A DNA stretch of 64,000 nt. Origin: Patescibacteria group bacterium. Lineage in GTDB: Bacteria; Patescibacteriota; Patescibacteriia; Patescibacteriales; UBA12075. Numbering within the stretch: position 1 is the stretch's first letter; each line of letters starts with the position of its first letter. The position numbers and the translations under genes were made by a program. The notes beneath the pieces were generated by a model, which searched no databases, was not told where the DNA came from, and saw only the letters and a list, made by a program, of their open reading frames with translations. Positions 25,295 through 35,822 of this stretch are shown here, piece by piece. The stretch lies in NCBI GenBank assembly GCA_022705905.1, contig JAKJDO010000003.1, positions 14,071-78,070 on the forward strand. The letters are read 5' to 3'.

Positions 25295-25378
25295 GTCATT
25301 CCCGCCTGTCTACCGATAGGCAGGCGAAAGCGGGAATCTATAATATTGAAATTAATCCCGGCCAAATGCCGGGATGAC
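25295..25378. repeat. 84-bp palindromic element, same family as 8788-8904
   Basis: GTCATTCCCGC-CTGTCTACCGATAGGCAG-GCGAAAGCGGGAATC ... GATTAATCCCGGCCAAATGCCGGGATGAC. It accounts for the spurious 63-aa ORF 25189..25380. Confidence 0.7.
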
Positions 25379-25385
25379 AACGTTG

Positions 25386-26459
25386 TTATTTTAATTGTTG
25401 CTTAAACCAATCGACCCAGGGTATTTTTACCGGATCGATATTATTTAACATACCAAGATAAAAACTTACCCAAGCTCCGAACTGTAGCAGTTCAAATGAT
25501 TGTATTATTTTGTTATCTCCGCCTAGCTCATGGCTAAAAACTTTAACACCATTTTTTTTAACCACCTCCTTAGTTAGCCGGCTGCGTTTTTGGATGCGAG
25601 GGCGGTATAATCTTGAATCAAAAAAAACAAAAGCCAAAGATCTTTTGCCTTCTTTGGGATTAGCCAATCCTTCCATGGCAAAATGATTTAAGTCGGGCAG
25701 GCTTAAATAGGTAGCGAAGTTTTTTGACGACTCACAGAAAATATTACGAAGTGCCCGAATCGTCCCTAGCGTGAATTCAGCGCCGACAAAGACTGGAATT
25801 TTATTTTCTAGTTCACGAGCTAATTTTTTGGCTTTATTTTTTGTCTGCGATGTTTCTGGCCTAAGCAAGCGGTTCCAAATTTCTAAACTGGCGATTAGAT
25901 CTTCAATCTCTCGGACTTTAATTTTAAAGAGGCCAGCTTTAGCAAGCAGGACGGCGATGCCAAAAATCATATAACCGCTACCAAGACGCGGCTGGCCGGA
26001 TGGATTAAAATTTGGTTTAAAAATATAGCCGGGAACATTATCCTTTATCATTAATTTTTCTAGTGGGTTTTTATTACCATGGGCTGTTAGCCCCATAATT
26101 TTTGCGCCGCGTTTTTTGGCTTCTCGATAAGTGCTTAATGGTTCTTCGGTGCCGCCAGAATATGACGAGATGATGTATAGAGTATTTTTATCAACATGAT
26201 GGGGCACAAAATATCCAGGAATTATGCTAACAGGAACTTTAATTTGATCGCTCCAAGCCGATTTAGCAATACCGGCACCGATATTTGAACCGCCCATGCC
26301 ATTAATAACAACGTTAGTAATTTTGCTGTAATCAGTCGGAATTTTTATCAGTCGCGCATCGTCTAGAACCTCACGGATTTGATCAGGGAGCAATTGGATT
26401 GATTTAGCCACTTGTCCGGAGTCTAATTGGCTAATTTTTTTTAAGTCATCTAAATTCAT
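25386..26459 (-). CDS. bifunctional phosphoglucose/phosphomannose isomerase (SIS-domain, archaeal type)
   Basis: 357 aa. Two SIS-like halves (INGMGGSNIG; ISSYSGGTEE), with size and layout of PGI/PMI-family enzymes. Confidence 0.7.
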   Translation of the reverse strand: MNLDDLKKISQLDSGQVAKSIQLLPDQIREVLDDARLIKIPTDYSKITNVVINGMGGSNIGAGIAKSAWSDQIKVPVSIIPGYFVPHHVDKNTLYIISSYSGGTEEPLSTYREAKKRGAKIMGLTAHGNKNPLEKLMIKDNVPGYIFKPNFNPSGQPRLGSGYMIFGIAVLLAKAGLFKIKVREIEDLIASLEIWNRLLRPETSQTKNKAKKLARELENKIPVFVGAEFTLGTIRALRNIFCESSKNFATYLSLPDLNHFAMEGLANPKEGKRSLAFVFFDSRLYRPRIQKRSRLTKEVVKKNGVKVFSHELGGDNKIIQSFELLQFGAWVSFYLGMLNNIDPVKIPWVDWFKQQLK

Positions 26460-26646
26460 ATAGTTAGTTAAAAGTTATAAAGTTGAAAGTTTATAAAGTT
26501 TTAATGTTCGTAGGTAGTTATATTATAACATAATTAAATTTTTATGTTTATTTTATTTTTTTGTCTTGATTTTATCAATTGATTATGTTATAGTAGAAGC
26601 GTCAGGCGAACCCTGACTTAATTTTTAAAAACTAAAATATCACTTT

Positions 26647-27369
26647 ATGTCAGGACATTCAAAATGGGCGACAACTAAAAGAGCAAAAGCGATTGTTGAC
26701 GCGAAAAAAGGAGCGATTTTTACTAAATTAAGTAATAATATTTCTTTGGCGGCGCGTGAAAAAGGCGGCGACCCAAATACAAATTTTAGTTTGCGCATGG
26801 CAATTGATAAAGCTAAGGCCGTCAATATGCCAAAAGAAAATATTGAGCGCTCTATTAAACGCGGAACGGGTGAATTAGGCGGTGAGCAAATTGCCGAGTA
26901 TATTTACGAAGGCATAGGTCCAGTTAAAACTCAATTTGTTGTAAAAGCATTGACTGATAATAAAAATCGTAGCGCTGCTTCCGTGCGCCATCTTTTCTCA
27001 AAATATGGCGGAGCTCTTGGTAGCGTAATGTGGAACTTTGAGCTGAAAGGTGTCGCTAGAATTTTGGCAGAAGACTTAAAAGACGGTTTGTCGGATGAAC
27101 TGGAGCTAGAGCTGATAGATGCTGGCGCTGATGATATTCAAAAAGAAGATGAGGGCGTAACTATTTATACCAAGCCAGAGAATTTGCAGAAAGTTAAGCA
27201 ATATTTAGACGGGAAAAGTATTAAAACTGAAACAGCAGAAATGGAATATATTGCCAAAGAAGAAATGCAATTGTCCGAAGACGAAAAAGAACAGGTGCAA
27301 AAATTTATTGACGAATTGGAAGACGACGAGGATATTAGCGACTATTACAACAATATAGCTAATCTTTAG
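26647..27369 (+). CDS. yebC: YebC/PmpR-family DNA-binding regulator
   Basis: 240 aa. MSGHSKWATTKR.KA..DAKKG..F.KL start is diagnostic. Confidence 0.92.
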   Translation: MSGHSKWATTKRAKAIVDAKKGAIFTKLSNNISLAAREKGGDPNTNFSLRMAIDKAKAVNMPKENIERSIKRGTGELGGEQIAEYIYEGIGPVKTQFVVKALTDNKNRSAASVRHLFSKYGGALGSVMWNFELKGVARILAEDLKDGLSDELELELIDAGADDIQKEDEGVTIYTKPENLQKVKQYLDGKSIKTETAEMEYIAKEEMQLSEDEKEQVQKFIDELEDDEDISDYYNNIANL

Positions 27370-27377
27370 ATATCAAG

Positions 27378-27851
27378 ATGACAAAAATAATCTTAGGCAT
27401 TGACCCAGGAATTGCCGATACAGGATTCGGCGTAATAAAAAAAGAGAAAAATTGCTTAGTTTGCCTTGATTATGGAACGATCAAAACTAGCGCGAAAGCC
27501 AGTCTATCGGATAGGTTGGAAATTTTGAGCTGCGAGTTGTCAAAAATAATAAAAAAATACCAGCCAGAAATAATTGCTGTTGAGCAATTGTTTTTTTGTA
27601 AGAATGTAAAAACAGCTTTAATAGTCGGTCATGCCCGCGGCGTAGTTTTGCTGACGGCCAAACAACATAAAGTAAATTTAGTAGAATTTACACCACTGCA
27701 AATTAAGCAGGCAGTATCGGCTTATGGCAAGGCGAGCAAGATGCAAGTGCAAAAAATGGTAAAGCTTTTATTAAATATGAAAGAGCTGCCGAAACCAGAC
27801 GATGCAGCCGATGCTTTAGCTGCTGCCATTTGCGCAGCCAACAGTATATAA
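27378..27851 (+). CDS. ruvC: crossover junction endodeoxyribonuclease RuvC
   Basis: 157 aa. ILGIDPG...GFGVI start, VEQLFF, and C-terminal DAADALA. Confidence 0.9.
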   Translation: MTKIILGIDPGIADTGFGVIKKEKNCLVCLDYGTIKTSAKASLSDRLEILSCELSKIIKKYQPEIIAVEQLFFCKNVKTALIVGHARGVVLLTAKQHKVNLVEFTPLQIKQAVSAYGKASKMQVQKMVKLLLNMKELPKPDDAADALAAAICAANSI

Positions 27852-27854
27852 AAT

Positions 27855-28448
27855 ATGGCAAAAAAAATTTGGCAAACAAAATGGACTAAAAATAATTGGC
27901 CAACTAGCAGATTTGCCAATCGAGTTTATATATATTTAAAAAATAAAAGAGTTAAATCCATCTTAGATCTTGGCTGCGGCGGAGGAAGAGATTCGGTGTT
28001 TTTTGCCAAAAAAGGTTTTCAGGTCACAGCTTTAGATGTATTTACTGATAATTTCCAGCAAGAGAGGCTAAAAAAGACAGGAATAATTTTTTTCAAAAAG
28101 GATATCAAGGACATTAAATTCAAACCAGGATCATTTGATGTAGTTTACGCTCATTTAAGCCTACATTACTTTGACGACAAAACTACTGATAAAATATTTA
28201 ATAATTTACATAAAATTGTAAAACCTGGCGGTTACATTTTTATAAAATGTAAATCGACGTCCGATCCTTATTTTGGAAAGGGTAAAAAAATTGAAGAAAA
28301 TTATTACGACTTTGAGCACAAGAGACACTTTTTTACCAAAGAATATATGGTAAAGAAGCTACAAAAATTTAAGATTATTAAAATAATAAAAACAAATTGT
28401 CTTTATCCTGATAAAGCGTCTTTTGTTGAGGCTTTTGCTAAAAAATAA
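27855..28448 (+). CDS. class I SAM-dependent methyltransferase
   Basis: 197 aa. ILDLGCGGGRDSVFFAKKG (motif I), DVVYAHLSLHY, LKPGGY-like segment. Confidence 0.8.
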   Translation: MAKKIWQTKWTKNNWPTSRFANRVYIYLKNKRVKSILDLGCGGGRDSVFFAKKGFQVTALDVFTDNFQQERLKKTGIIFFKKDIKDIKFKPGSFDVVYAHLSLHYFDDKTTDKIFNNLHKIVKPGGYIFIKCKSTSDPYFGKGKKIEENYYDFEHKRHFFTKEYMVKKLQKFKIIKIIKTNCLYPDKASFVEAFAKK

Positions 28449-28454
28449 ATCTAG

Positions 28455-29936
28455 GTGATGAGCAAAAAACTAAAAATCGTTTCAATTTCAAGCGAGGTGG
28501 CGCCGTTCTCCAAAACTGGCGGACTGGGTGACGTGGCGCGCAGTTTGCCCAAAGCCATAAAAAGACTCGGACATGATGTTGTAGTTATTACACCGCTTTA
28601 CGACCAGATAGTAGATAAAGAAGCGCACAAATTGAAATTAGTATATGAAAATGTAAATGTTTATTTAAATTCCGAGGAAAGCGTGACTGTCAATTATTGG
28701 CTAGGCAGTTTAATGTCTGGTTTGCCGGTTTATTTCGTTGATTGTAAAAAATATTTTTCCCAGAAAAAAACCTTATATGGCTCAACACATGAGAACGCTC
28801 GTTTTTTGGTTTTTGATGTCGCCGCCCTAAAGCTTATTTCTGTCTTAAAGTACGAAGCCGATATCGTTCATTGCCATGATTGGCAGACCGGTTTAATTCC
28901 ATTTTATTTACGAACAGATTTTCGTTATTCAAAAACTTTGCGTAAAGCCAAGACGGTTTACACTATCCATAATATGGTTTTTCAGTTAGGACGTAATTGG
29001 TGGGAAGTACCGCTTAAGAAAAAAGATTATGGCCGAAGTCGCATACCGCATTTGTCCGATCCTGATATTGAATGTTTAAATTTTGCTAAACGCGCCATAC
29101 TGTCAGCCGACGTGATCAATACTGTGAGCGAACAATATCGCGAAGAAATTTTAACTAAAAATTTCGGCCAGGATTTGCATCGTATTTTAGGTAATCGTAC
29201 TGATAGGTTGTTTGGCATTGTAAACGGCATTGATTACAAAGCTTATAATCCAGCTAACGATCATGGTTTGGCAAGAAGTTATGACTACCGCAAAATAGTC
29301 CATAAAAAAGAAAATAAAGAGGCTTTGCAAAAACATTTTGGCCTGAGCATCGACCCTGACGCTCCTTTAATTTGCACAACTTCGCGCGTTACCTTCCAAA
29401 AAGGTTTTGAACTTATACTCAATATTTTAGAGCCGTTATTGCGCCTGGATATTCAGCTAATAGTTGTCGGCTCCGGTGATAAGTCGTATATCAAGGAAAT
29501 GCAAAAGATCGCCAAGAAACATCAAAAAAGATTTGTCGTTGTGCCCTCACACGAAGATAACCAAAAATACGAAACTTTAGTTTATGCCGGTTCAGACATA
29601 TTTTTGCTACCATCGCATTATGAGCCATGTGGCATTAACCAATTAATTGCTATGCGCTACGGGTGCGTGCCAGTAGTTAGAAAAGTCGGCGGTTTGAATG
29701 ATACTGTGGTCAACTATAATCCAGTCACCAATAAAGGCACTGGGTTCGTTTTTGAATATTTCGGCGATTTTTCCCTTTTTGGCGCGATTGTCCGGGCGGT
29801 TGAAACTTATAAGCATATAAATATTTGGAAAGAGCTAGTTGTCCGATGTATGAAGGAGTCGCATAGCTGGGAGATTCCAGCCAAAAAATATGTTTCATTA
29901 TATAGAAAAGCTTTAAAAATAAAAAACGGAAAATAA
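28455..29936 (+). CDS. glgA: glycogen/starch synthase (GT5), copy 1
   Basis: 493 aa. SSEVAPFSKTGGLGDV, HCHDWQTG, and C-terminal SHYEPCGINQL..RYG..P. Likely ATG at 28458. Confidence 0.88.
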   Translation: MMSKKLKIVSISSEVAPFSKTGGLGDVARSLPKAIKRLGHDVVVITPLYDQIVDKEAHKLKLVYENVNVYLNSEESVTVNYWLGSLMSGLPVYFVDCKKYFSQKKTLYGSTHENARFLVFDVAALKLISVLKYEADIVHCHDWQTGLIPFYLRTDFRYSKTLRKAKTVYTIHNMVFQLGRNWWEVPLKKKDYGRSRIPHLSDPDIECLNFAKRAILSADVINTVSEQYREEILTKNFGQDLHRILGNRTDRLFGIVNGIDYKAYNPANDHGLARSYDYRKIVHKKENKEALQKHFGLSIDPDAPLICTTSRVTFQKGFELILNILEPLLRLDIQLIVVGSGDKSYIKEMQKIAKKHQKRFVVVPSHEDNQKYETLVYAGSDIFLLPSHYEPCGINQLIAMRYGCVPVVRKVGGLNDTVVNYNPVTNKGTGFVFEYFGDFSLFGAIVRAVETYKHINIWKELVVRCMKESHSWEIPAKKYVSLYRKALKIKNGK

Positions 29937-29957
29937 TAAATAAAATAAAAGTTAATT

Positions 29958-31115
29958 ATGAAATGGATAAATTTTTTACATTTGTATCAACCTGTAAACG
30001 CCGATCCAGCAATTATTAAAGAAGCGGCTGAAAAAAGCTATTATCGAATCGTGAGCGCTCTAGAAAAAAGTCCGCGAACAAAATTTACTATAAATATAAC
30101 CGGCTGCCTACTGATGCGGTTGGATGAATTAGGCTATGGCGATTTAATAAAAAGAATAAATAAGCTAGTTAAAAAAGGCCAAATTGAATTAGTCGGCTCA
30201 GCCGCTTATCATGCCTTGTTGCCGTTAATGCCAGTGGCGGAAATAAAAAAACAAATTCGGGAAAACGAACTGTTTTTAGAAAAATATTTTGGCAGATATA
30301 AAATGCGCGGTTTTTTCCTGCCGGAGATGGCTTATAATTCAGAAGCCGCTAAAATTATTAAAAGTTTTGGCTACCAGTGGATTATGTTGAGCGAAATAGC
30401 CTATAACGGAAAATTAAATTCAGTTGATTTTAATAAGGTTTACCAGGATAAAACTAGTAATTTAAAAGTAATTTTTCGTTCGCGGGCTTTTTCCAAATGT
30501 TATGTGCCTTCGTGTTTATTGGAAAAAATTAAAAATGATAAAAATGGATTGTATATTACCGCTACCGACGGAGAGCTTTATGGTCTGAGACACATTGACC
30601 ACGGAAAAGAATTGGAAAAATTATTAAAGAGAAAAAAATTGCAAACTACGACCATCTCAGAATTTATTGGCAGAAAGGAAATCGAAAAAAAAATTATTCC
30701 TCGACCATGCAGCTGGGAATCGACCGAAGAAGAAATGAGTAAAAATAATCCTTATGCCTTGTGGCATGATAAAAAAAATAAGATTCAGCAAGATATTTGG
30801 CAATTAGCCCGTTTAGCTTATAATATAGTTGAGGGCAATAAAAAAGACAAAAATTATCATTTTTCCCGCTGGCATCTAGTTAGGGGTTTGGCTAGCTGTA
30901 CATTTTGGTGGGCAAGCGCTAAGGACTTCCGTCTTTTTAGCCCGATTTCCTGGAGTCCGGATGAGATTGAGCGCGGCGTCAATGAATTAGTCAGAGCTGT
31001 TCGTACTCTTGATAGTGAAAAAACCAGAGCAATAAAAATTAAAGCTGAAAAAATTCATATAAGAATTAAGCACGATATCTGGACAAAACATTGGGCAGAG
31101 TATTGGAAAAAATAA
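29958..31115 (+). CDS. glycoside hydrolase family 57-like protein
   Basis: 385 aa. N-terminal FLHLYQP (HQP-type motif), GQIELVGSAAYHALLPL, and EMAY. Exact activity not inferable. Confidence 0.6.
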   Translation: MKWINFLHLYQPVNADPAIIKEAAEKSYYRIVSALEKSPRTKFTINITGCLLMRLDELGYGDLIKRINKLVKKGQIELVGSAAYHALLPLMPVAEIKKQIRENELFLEKYFGRYKMRGFFLPEMAYNSEAAKIIKSFGYQWIMLSEIAYNGKLNSVDFNKVYQDKTSNLKVIFRSRAFSKCYVPSCLLEKIKNDKNGLYITATDGELYGLRHIDHGKELEKLLKRKKLQTTTISEFIGRKEIEKKIIPRPCSWESTEEEMSKNNPYALWHDKKNKIQQDIWQLARLAYNIVEGNKKDKNYHFSRWHLVRGLASCTFWWASAKDFRLFSPISWSPDEIERGVNELVRAVRTLDSEKTRAIKIKAEKIHIRIKHDIWTKHWAEYWKK

Positions 31116-31119
31116 TCAT

Positions 31120-32151
31120 ATGAACCGCGCTTCTCGATTATTTGACGAGTTGTATGTAAGAAATCTATTTCGCCAGGAAATTTTACCAAAATATTCCGAC
31201 TTTGTTGATGTTGGTAAAATTGCCATCAAGCCGTATAAAAAGTTGATTTGGGAGACGACTTATCACGTAGTAATTGAGTATAAAACCGTTTTTATTACCA
31301 GAGAGAAGAAAAAAAGACAGCTGTCTATCATTTGCTCCGCTCATAGCAATGAACCTCGTCTTAATTTTTATGAAGGCATGCAGTTTTTGTGGAATAAGGG
31401 ATTCGGCAACGGCTATTATTCCATTCCGCGCCCTTTATTTTATTCAGAATATTTTAACGGTTTGTTTTATCGAGCGGCTAAAGGCAATAATCTTTACACG
31501 TACATCAAGACAAACGATCGCCAAGAAATAGAATCTATAATACCAAAGGCGGCGGTTTGGTTTGCTAAGCTTCATCGGTTGCCAGCGGCAGATGTAAAAA
31601 ATTTTAATGCTAAAAATAGCCGTATTGCCACAGTTTTACCGGGGTTGGAACATATATTGCTTCGCGTTCAGCATGATTATCCTAATTTGCATAATATTTT
31701 TTCGGAGCTATATAAAGTTATAAATAATAATGAAAAATATTTTTTTAATAGCACTGACAAAAGATGGCTGATACATGGCGACGCTCATCCGGAAAATATA
31801 ATTAGAATGAGCAGACGGAAAATCGCCGTTATTGATTTTTCCGATTTATGTATCGCTGATTTCGCTCGCGATTTAGGTTGTTTTATCCAGCAGCTCGGCT
31901 ATATGAGCAACCGAAAAATAGGCGACAGGGACTACATCAAAAAAATTCAGCAATTATTTTTAGACAGCTACTTTAAAGCGAGCAAGTATAGTTTAGACGA
32001 CAATCTTCAATTCCGAATTGACAATTATTATAATTGGACGACTATGCGCACTGCTACTCACTTTTTAATAAAAGACGGGCCCGAACCGGAAAGGGCATTG
32101 CCTTTAATTAAAGAAGTAGCCGATAGATTAAAAATTAATTTTTCATTTTAA
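31120..32151 (+). CDS. aminoglycoside-phosphotransferase-fold kinase (maltokinase-like context)
   Basis: 343 aa. Catalytic loop IHGDAHPENII and DFSD (Mg-binding), within a glycogen gene cluster. Confidence 0.6.
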   Translation: MNRASRLFDELYVRNLFRQEILPKYSDFVDVGKIAIKPYKKLIWETTYHVVIEYKTVFITREKKKRQLSIICSAHSNEPRLNFYEGMQFLWNKGFGNGYYSIPRPLFYSEYFNGLFYRAAKGNNLYTYIKTNDRQEIESIIPKAAVWFAKLHRLPAADVKNFNAKNSRIATVLPGLEHILLRVQHDYPNLHNIFSELYKVINNNEKYFFNSTDKRWLIHGDAHPENIIRMSRRKIAVIDFSDLCIADFARDLGCFIQQLGYMSNRKIGDRDYIKKIQQLFLDSYFKASKYSLDDNLQFRIDNYYNWTTMRTATHFLIKDGPEPERALPLIKEVADRLKINFSF

Positions 32152-32154
32152 TAT

Positions 32155-33024
32155 ATGCTAATTGACCTGCAACTTCATTCAACCTATTCAGATGGCTATT
32201 TGACGCCAACGGAGTTGGTTAAATTTATTGCCAGCCAAGGAGTTAAGGTGGCGGCTTTGACTGACCATAATACCGTTGGGGGCGTCGAAGAGTTTAGGCA
32301 AGCTTGCCGCAAAGAAAAAATAAAACCAATAATCGGCGTAGAGCTTTATGCAAGCCTAGGCTCTAAAAGATTTAATATTTTATGGTATAATTTTAATCCT
32401 GAATGTCCGCAACTTCATAATATGCTGCGCAAAACACATATTCGCCGCCGTCAACAAATGCGCCGAATTTTAGATAAGTTAGTAAGTAAGGGCTTCAAAA
32501 TTGATGTTGAAAAAATTCTCGATCAATATAACCGCTACGTGCCCGTCAATCACGTTATAGATAGAATTTTAGAAAATAGAGACAATTTAAGAAAAGTAAA
32601 AAGGGAGCTAGGCATAGCAAGTCCGCGCGAGGAAGACATGATTAATAATTATTTTCGCAATCCTCGAATAGGAGTTTTGCAAGAATGTTTTATTGATTTA
32701 GAAAAAATTTTAGCTTTAAAAAAAGAAATTGGCGGTCAGATTGTTTTGTGTCATCCGGCTAAGAACGGCTATGTTATTCGTGATTTTTGGACAAAGTTAA
32801 AAAAAATTGGACTAGATGGAGCCGAAATTTTTTCGCCGCATCACTCGATTAACGGTATGCTGTATATGCAGCAGCTAGCGCGGGATTTAGATTTTATTAT
32901 TACTGGCGGCTCTGATTTTCATAAACCTGAAGGTGGCGGCCAGCCGTTGCAATATTCCTGGCAATATTATAAAATCGACTCGCAATACTTGCGAGGTGTA
33001 AAAAAAATAATTAGCACAAAATAA
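32155..33024 (+). CDS. PHP-domain metal-dependent phosphoesterase
   Basis: 289 aa. DLQLHSTYSDG, ALTDHNT, and GGSDFH motifs. Confidence 0.75.
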   Translation: MLIDLQLHSTYSDGYLTPTELVKFIASQGVKVAALTDHNTVGGVEEFRQACRKEKIKPIIGVELYASLGSKRFNILWYNFNPECPQLHNMLRKTHIRRRQQMRRILDKLVSKGFKIDVEKILDQYNRYVPVNHVIDRILENRDNLRKVKRELGIASPREEDMINNYFRNPRIGVLQECFIDLEKILALKKEIGGQIVLCHPAKNGYVIRDFWTKLKKIGLDGAEIFSPHHSINGMLYMQQLARDLDFIITGGSDFHKPEGGGQPLQYSWQYYKIDSQYLRGVKKIISTK

Positions 33025-33029
33025 AAGTT

Positions 33030-33770
33030 ATGTTGACGTTATTGGCCATTATTTTTTCGACTTTTCTTATTACTCTGTGTGTTTGGGCGGGTGCCTTAGT
33101 AATACTTTTAAAAAAGGATATTCTGCAGAAAATTATAAAATTTTTAGTAGCTTTATCGGCTGGTGTGTTGATGGGAGGGGCTTTTTTACATTTATTGCCG
33201 GAAGCGGCTGAAAAAATAAATACTAACATATTGTTTGTCATATTTTTGATTGCTTTTGCCAGTTTTTTTCTTATTGAGAAATTACTTTTTTGGCGACATT
33301 GTCATGAAGATGACTGTTCAGTTCATACTTTTGGCTATATGAATTTAGTGGGTGATAGTATTCATAATTTTATTGACGGTTTAGTTATTGCAGGTGCTTT
33401 TCTGGTCAATTGGCATCTAGGTTTTGCCACCACCTTAGCCATTGCTATCCATGAAATACCTCAAGAAATTGGTGATTTCGGTGTGCTTATTCATGCTGGT
33501 TTTGAATATAAGACAGCTTTAATAGTAAATTATTTAGTGGCTTTAACAGTTGTTTTAGGTGGAGTTGTCGGTTATTTTTTCCTATCTTTTTCTAGTAATA
33601 TCTTACCTTACATTTTACCAGTTGCTGCTGGCGGCTTCGTCTATATTGCTGCGTCGGACTTGATTCCTGAAATAAGAAGAGAACAGAACAAAAAAAAGTC
33701 AATTATTGCCTATTTAATTTTTATTTTAGGGATAGTTTTTATGTTTATAGTAAAAGCTTTCAGCCATTAA
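33030..33770 (+). CDS. ZIP-family divalent metal transporter
   Basis: 246 aa, polytopic. HNFIDGLVIAGAF and HEIPQEIGDFGVL signature helices. Confidence 0.85.
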   Translation: MLTLLAIIFSTFLITLCVWAGALVILLKKDILQKIIKFLVALSAGVLMGGAFLHLLPEAAEKINTNILFVIFLIAFASFFLIEKLLFWRHCHEDDCSVHTFGYMNLVGDSIHNFIDGLVIAGAFLVNWHLGFATTLAIAIHEIPQEIGDFGVLIHAGFEYKTALIVNYLVALTVVLGGVVGYFFLSFSSNILPYILPVAAGGFVYIAASDLIPEIRREQNKKKSIIAYLIFILGIVFMFIVKAFSH

Positions 33771-33786
33771 TTTTTTAAAATAAAAA

Positions 33787-34983
33787 ATGAATATGAAGAT
33801 AAAAGTTATTATTTTCAGTCTTGTCTTTCTATTTTTCGGCTGTTGCGATTATGCTTTAGCTGAATCAAGCCAAGTTAATGTTTACTTTTTTTGGGGCAGC
33901 GGTTGCCCGCATTGTGCCAAAGAAGAAAAGTTTTTGGAATTTTTAGAGAGCAAATATCCGCAAATTAAATTAAGGAGCTACGAAGTTTGGAATAATGCAG
34001 ACAATCGGCAGTTGCTGATGGATTTAGGCAAGAAGATGAATGTTAACATTTCGGGAGTGCCGTTTACTGTTGTCGGCGAACATTACTTTACTGGTTGGTA
34101 TGATGAAAAAAGTACGGGCAAGGCAATCGAGGACGCAATCAACTGCGCTTTAGAAAACGGCTGTCGAGATGTGGCTAGCGAGATAGTTAATGAAAAAAAA
34201 CAAGAAGGGGATAAAGCAAGTATCTCTGCCATTCCGCAATCAATCAATGTTCCCGTTATCGGAGAGATCGAAACAAAGCATCTCTCTTTACCGGTTCTAA
34301 CTATAATTTTTGGCGCTTTGGACGGTTTTAATCCTTGTGCTATGTGGGTGCTCCTGTTTTTAATTAGTCTTTTATTGGGAATGGAAAATAAAAAGAAGAT
34401 GTGGATTTTAGGCTCAACTTTCATCGTCGCCTCTGCTTTAGTTTATTTTTTGTTTATGACAGCTTGGCTAAATTTGCTTTTATTTATTGGTTTTATTTTT
34501 CTGATTAGAATTGTGATTGGCGTTGTTGCTTTGTTGGCTGGCGGATATAATTTAAAAGAATATTTTACAAATCCAACGGCTAGTTGCAAGGTTACTGGCG
34601 CGCCAAAAAGACAAAAGATTTTTGCTAAGCTAAAAGCTATTACTCAGCAAGAAAGTTTTTACTTAGCTTTGGGCGGGATTATTCTTTTAGCCTTTGCTGT
34701 AAATTTAGTTGAATTAATTTGCTCCGCTGGTTTTCCAGCAGTTTATACTCAAATTTTAGCGATTAGCAATTTATCTGGCTGGCAGCACTATTTTTATATT
34801 CTTCTTTATATAGTTATATTTTTGCTTGATGATTTATTTGTTTTTGTGGCAGCAATGGTGACTTTGCAAACAACGGGTATAACAACGAAGTATACTCGTA
34901 TTTCCCATTTGATAGGGGGAATTTTGATGGTTGTTATTGGCATTTTGCTAATTTTAAAGCCAGAGTGGTTAATGTTCGGATAA
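33787..34983 (+). CDS. thioredoxin-fold (CPHC) domain fused to CcdA/DsbD-like membrane domain
   Basis: 398 aa. Signal peptide, WGSGCPHCAKEE, then a 6-TM region with the DGFNPCAMWVL motif typical of thiol-disulfide transporters. Confidence 0.65.
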   Translation: MNMKIKVIIFSLVFLFFGCCDYALAESSQVNVYFFWGSGCPHCAKEEKFLEFLESKYPQIKLRSYEVWNNADNRQLLMDLGKKMNVNISGVPFTVVGEHYFTGWYDEKSTGKAIEDAINCALENGCRDVASEIVNEKKQEGDKASISAIPQSINVPVIGEIETKHLSLPVLTIIFGALDGFNPCAMWVLLFLISLLLGMENKKKMWILGSTFIVASALVYFLFMTAWLNLLLFIGFIFLIRIVIGVVALLAGGYNLKEYFTNPTASCKVTGAPKRQKIFAKLKAITQQESFYLALGGIILLAFAVNLVELICSAGFPAVYTQILAISNLSGWQHYFYILLYIVIFLLDDLFVFVAAMVTLQTTGITTKYTRISHLIGGILMVVIGILLILKPEWLMFG

Positions 34984-34986
34984 TTT

Positions 34987-35820
34987 ATGTACAATGATAT
35001 TAGTTTCGCTTTATTTTTAACTTTTTTGGCTGGTCTTTCAACTGTGTTGGGTGGCGCTTTTGTTTTTTTATTTAAACAAATTAATGCTAGATTTTTATCC
35101 TTTGGTCTTGGTTTTTCAGCAGGAGTAATGATTTATTTGGCCCTTTTTGAATTGCTAGAGGAGGCAAACAATGAGTTGCAACTATCCCTGGGACATGAAG
35201 CTCATTGGCAGACTACTGGTTTCTTTGTTCTGGGCTTAGCAATTGCTGGCGCTATCGATTTAATTACTTTCCATCAAGCAAAAATTTGTGAAAATTTAAA
35301 TCTTAGTATAAGCAGCCAGAAAAAAAATAGTAGAAATTGTTTAATTTATAAAAGCAATAGTAAGCAGGGATTGTTAAGAACAGGTCTTTTTGTTGCTTTT
35401 GCTATAGCGCTACATAATTTTCCTGAGGGTATGATAACTTTTACAGCCGCTAATGTTAATTATGTTTTTGGTTTATCAGTCGCGCTAGCAGTAGCTGTTC
35501 ATAATATACCTGAAGGCCTTTGTGTTTCTTTACCAATTTTTTATGCCACAAAAGATAAAATGAAAAGTTTATTTTATACTTTATTGGCCGGATTGTCTGA
35601 GCCGGTTGGTGCTTTGGTTGTTTATTTCTTTTTTAGCAAATATTTAGATTCAGTTGTTCTCGGGAGAATGTTAGCTGCAGTCGCTGGTATAATGGTTTAT
35701 ATTTCTATTGATGAGTTATTGCCGACTGCTCGTCGTTTCGCTCGATGGCACGTTAGCCTTTTTGGTCTGGTTTCCGGAATAGCCGTGATAGCTAGTAGTT
35801 TATATTTATTAAATCAGTAA
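34987..35820 (+). CDS. zupT: ZIP-family zinc transporter (ZupT-like)
   Basis: 277 aa. ALHNFPEGM and AVHNIPEGL motifs. Confidence 0.85.
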   Translation: MYNDISFALFLTFLAGLSTVLGGAFVFLFKQINARFLSFGLGFSAGVMIYLALFELLEEANNELQLSLGHEAHWQTTGFFVLGLAIAGAIDLITFHQAKICENLNLSISSQKKNSRNCLIYKSNSKQGLLRTGLFVAFAIALHNFPEGMITFTAANVNYVFGLSVALAVAVHNIPEGLCVSLPIFYATKDKMKSLFYTLLAGLSEPVGALVVYFFFSKYLDSVVLGRMLAAVAGIMVYISIDELLPTARRFARWHVSLFGLVSGIAVIASSLYLLNQ

Positions 35821-35822
35821 AT

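Noticed and set aside
25189-25380. 63-aa ORF (..LPIGRQAGMTK..).
   Set aside because: It is a translation of the 84-bp palindromic repeat plus the antisense of the 5' end of the phosphoesterase gene, so it is a typical repeat-derived artefact.
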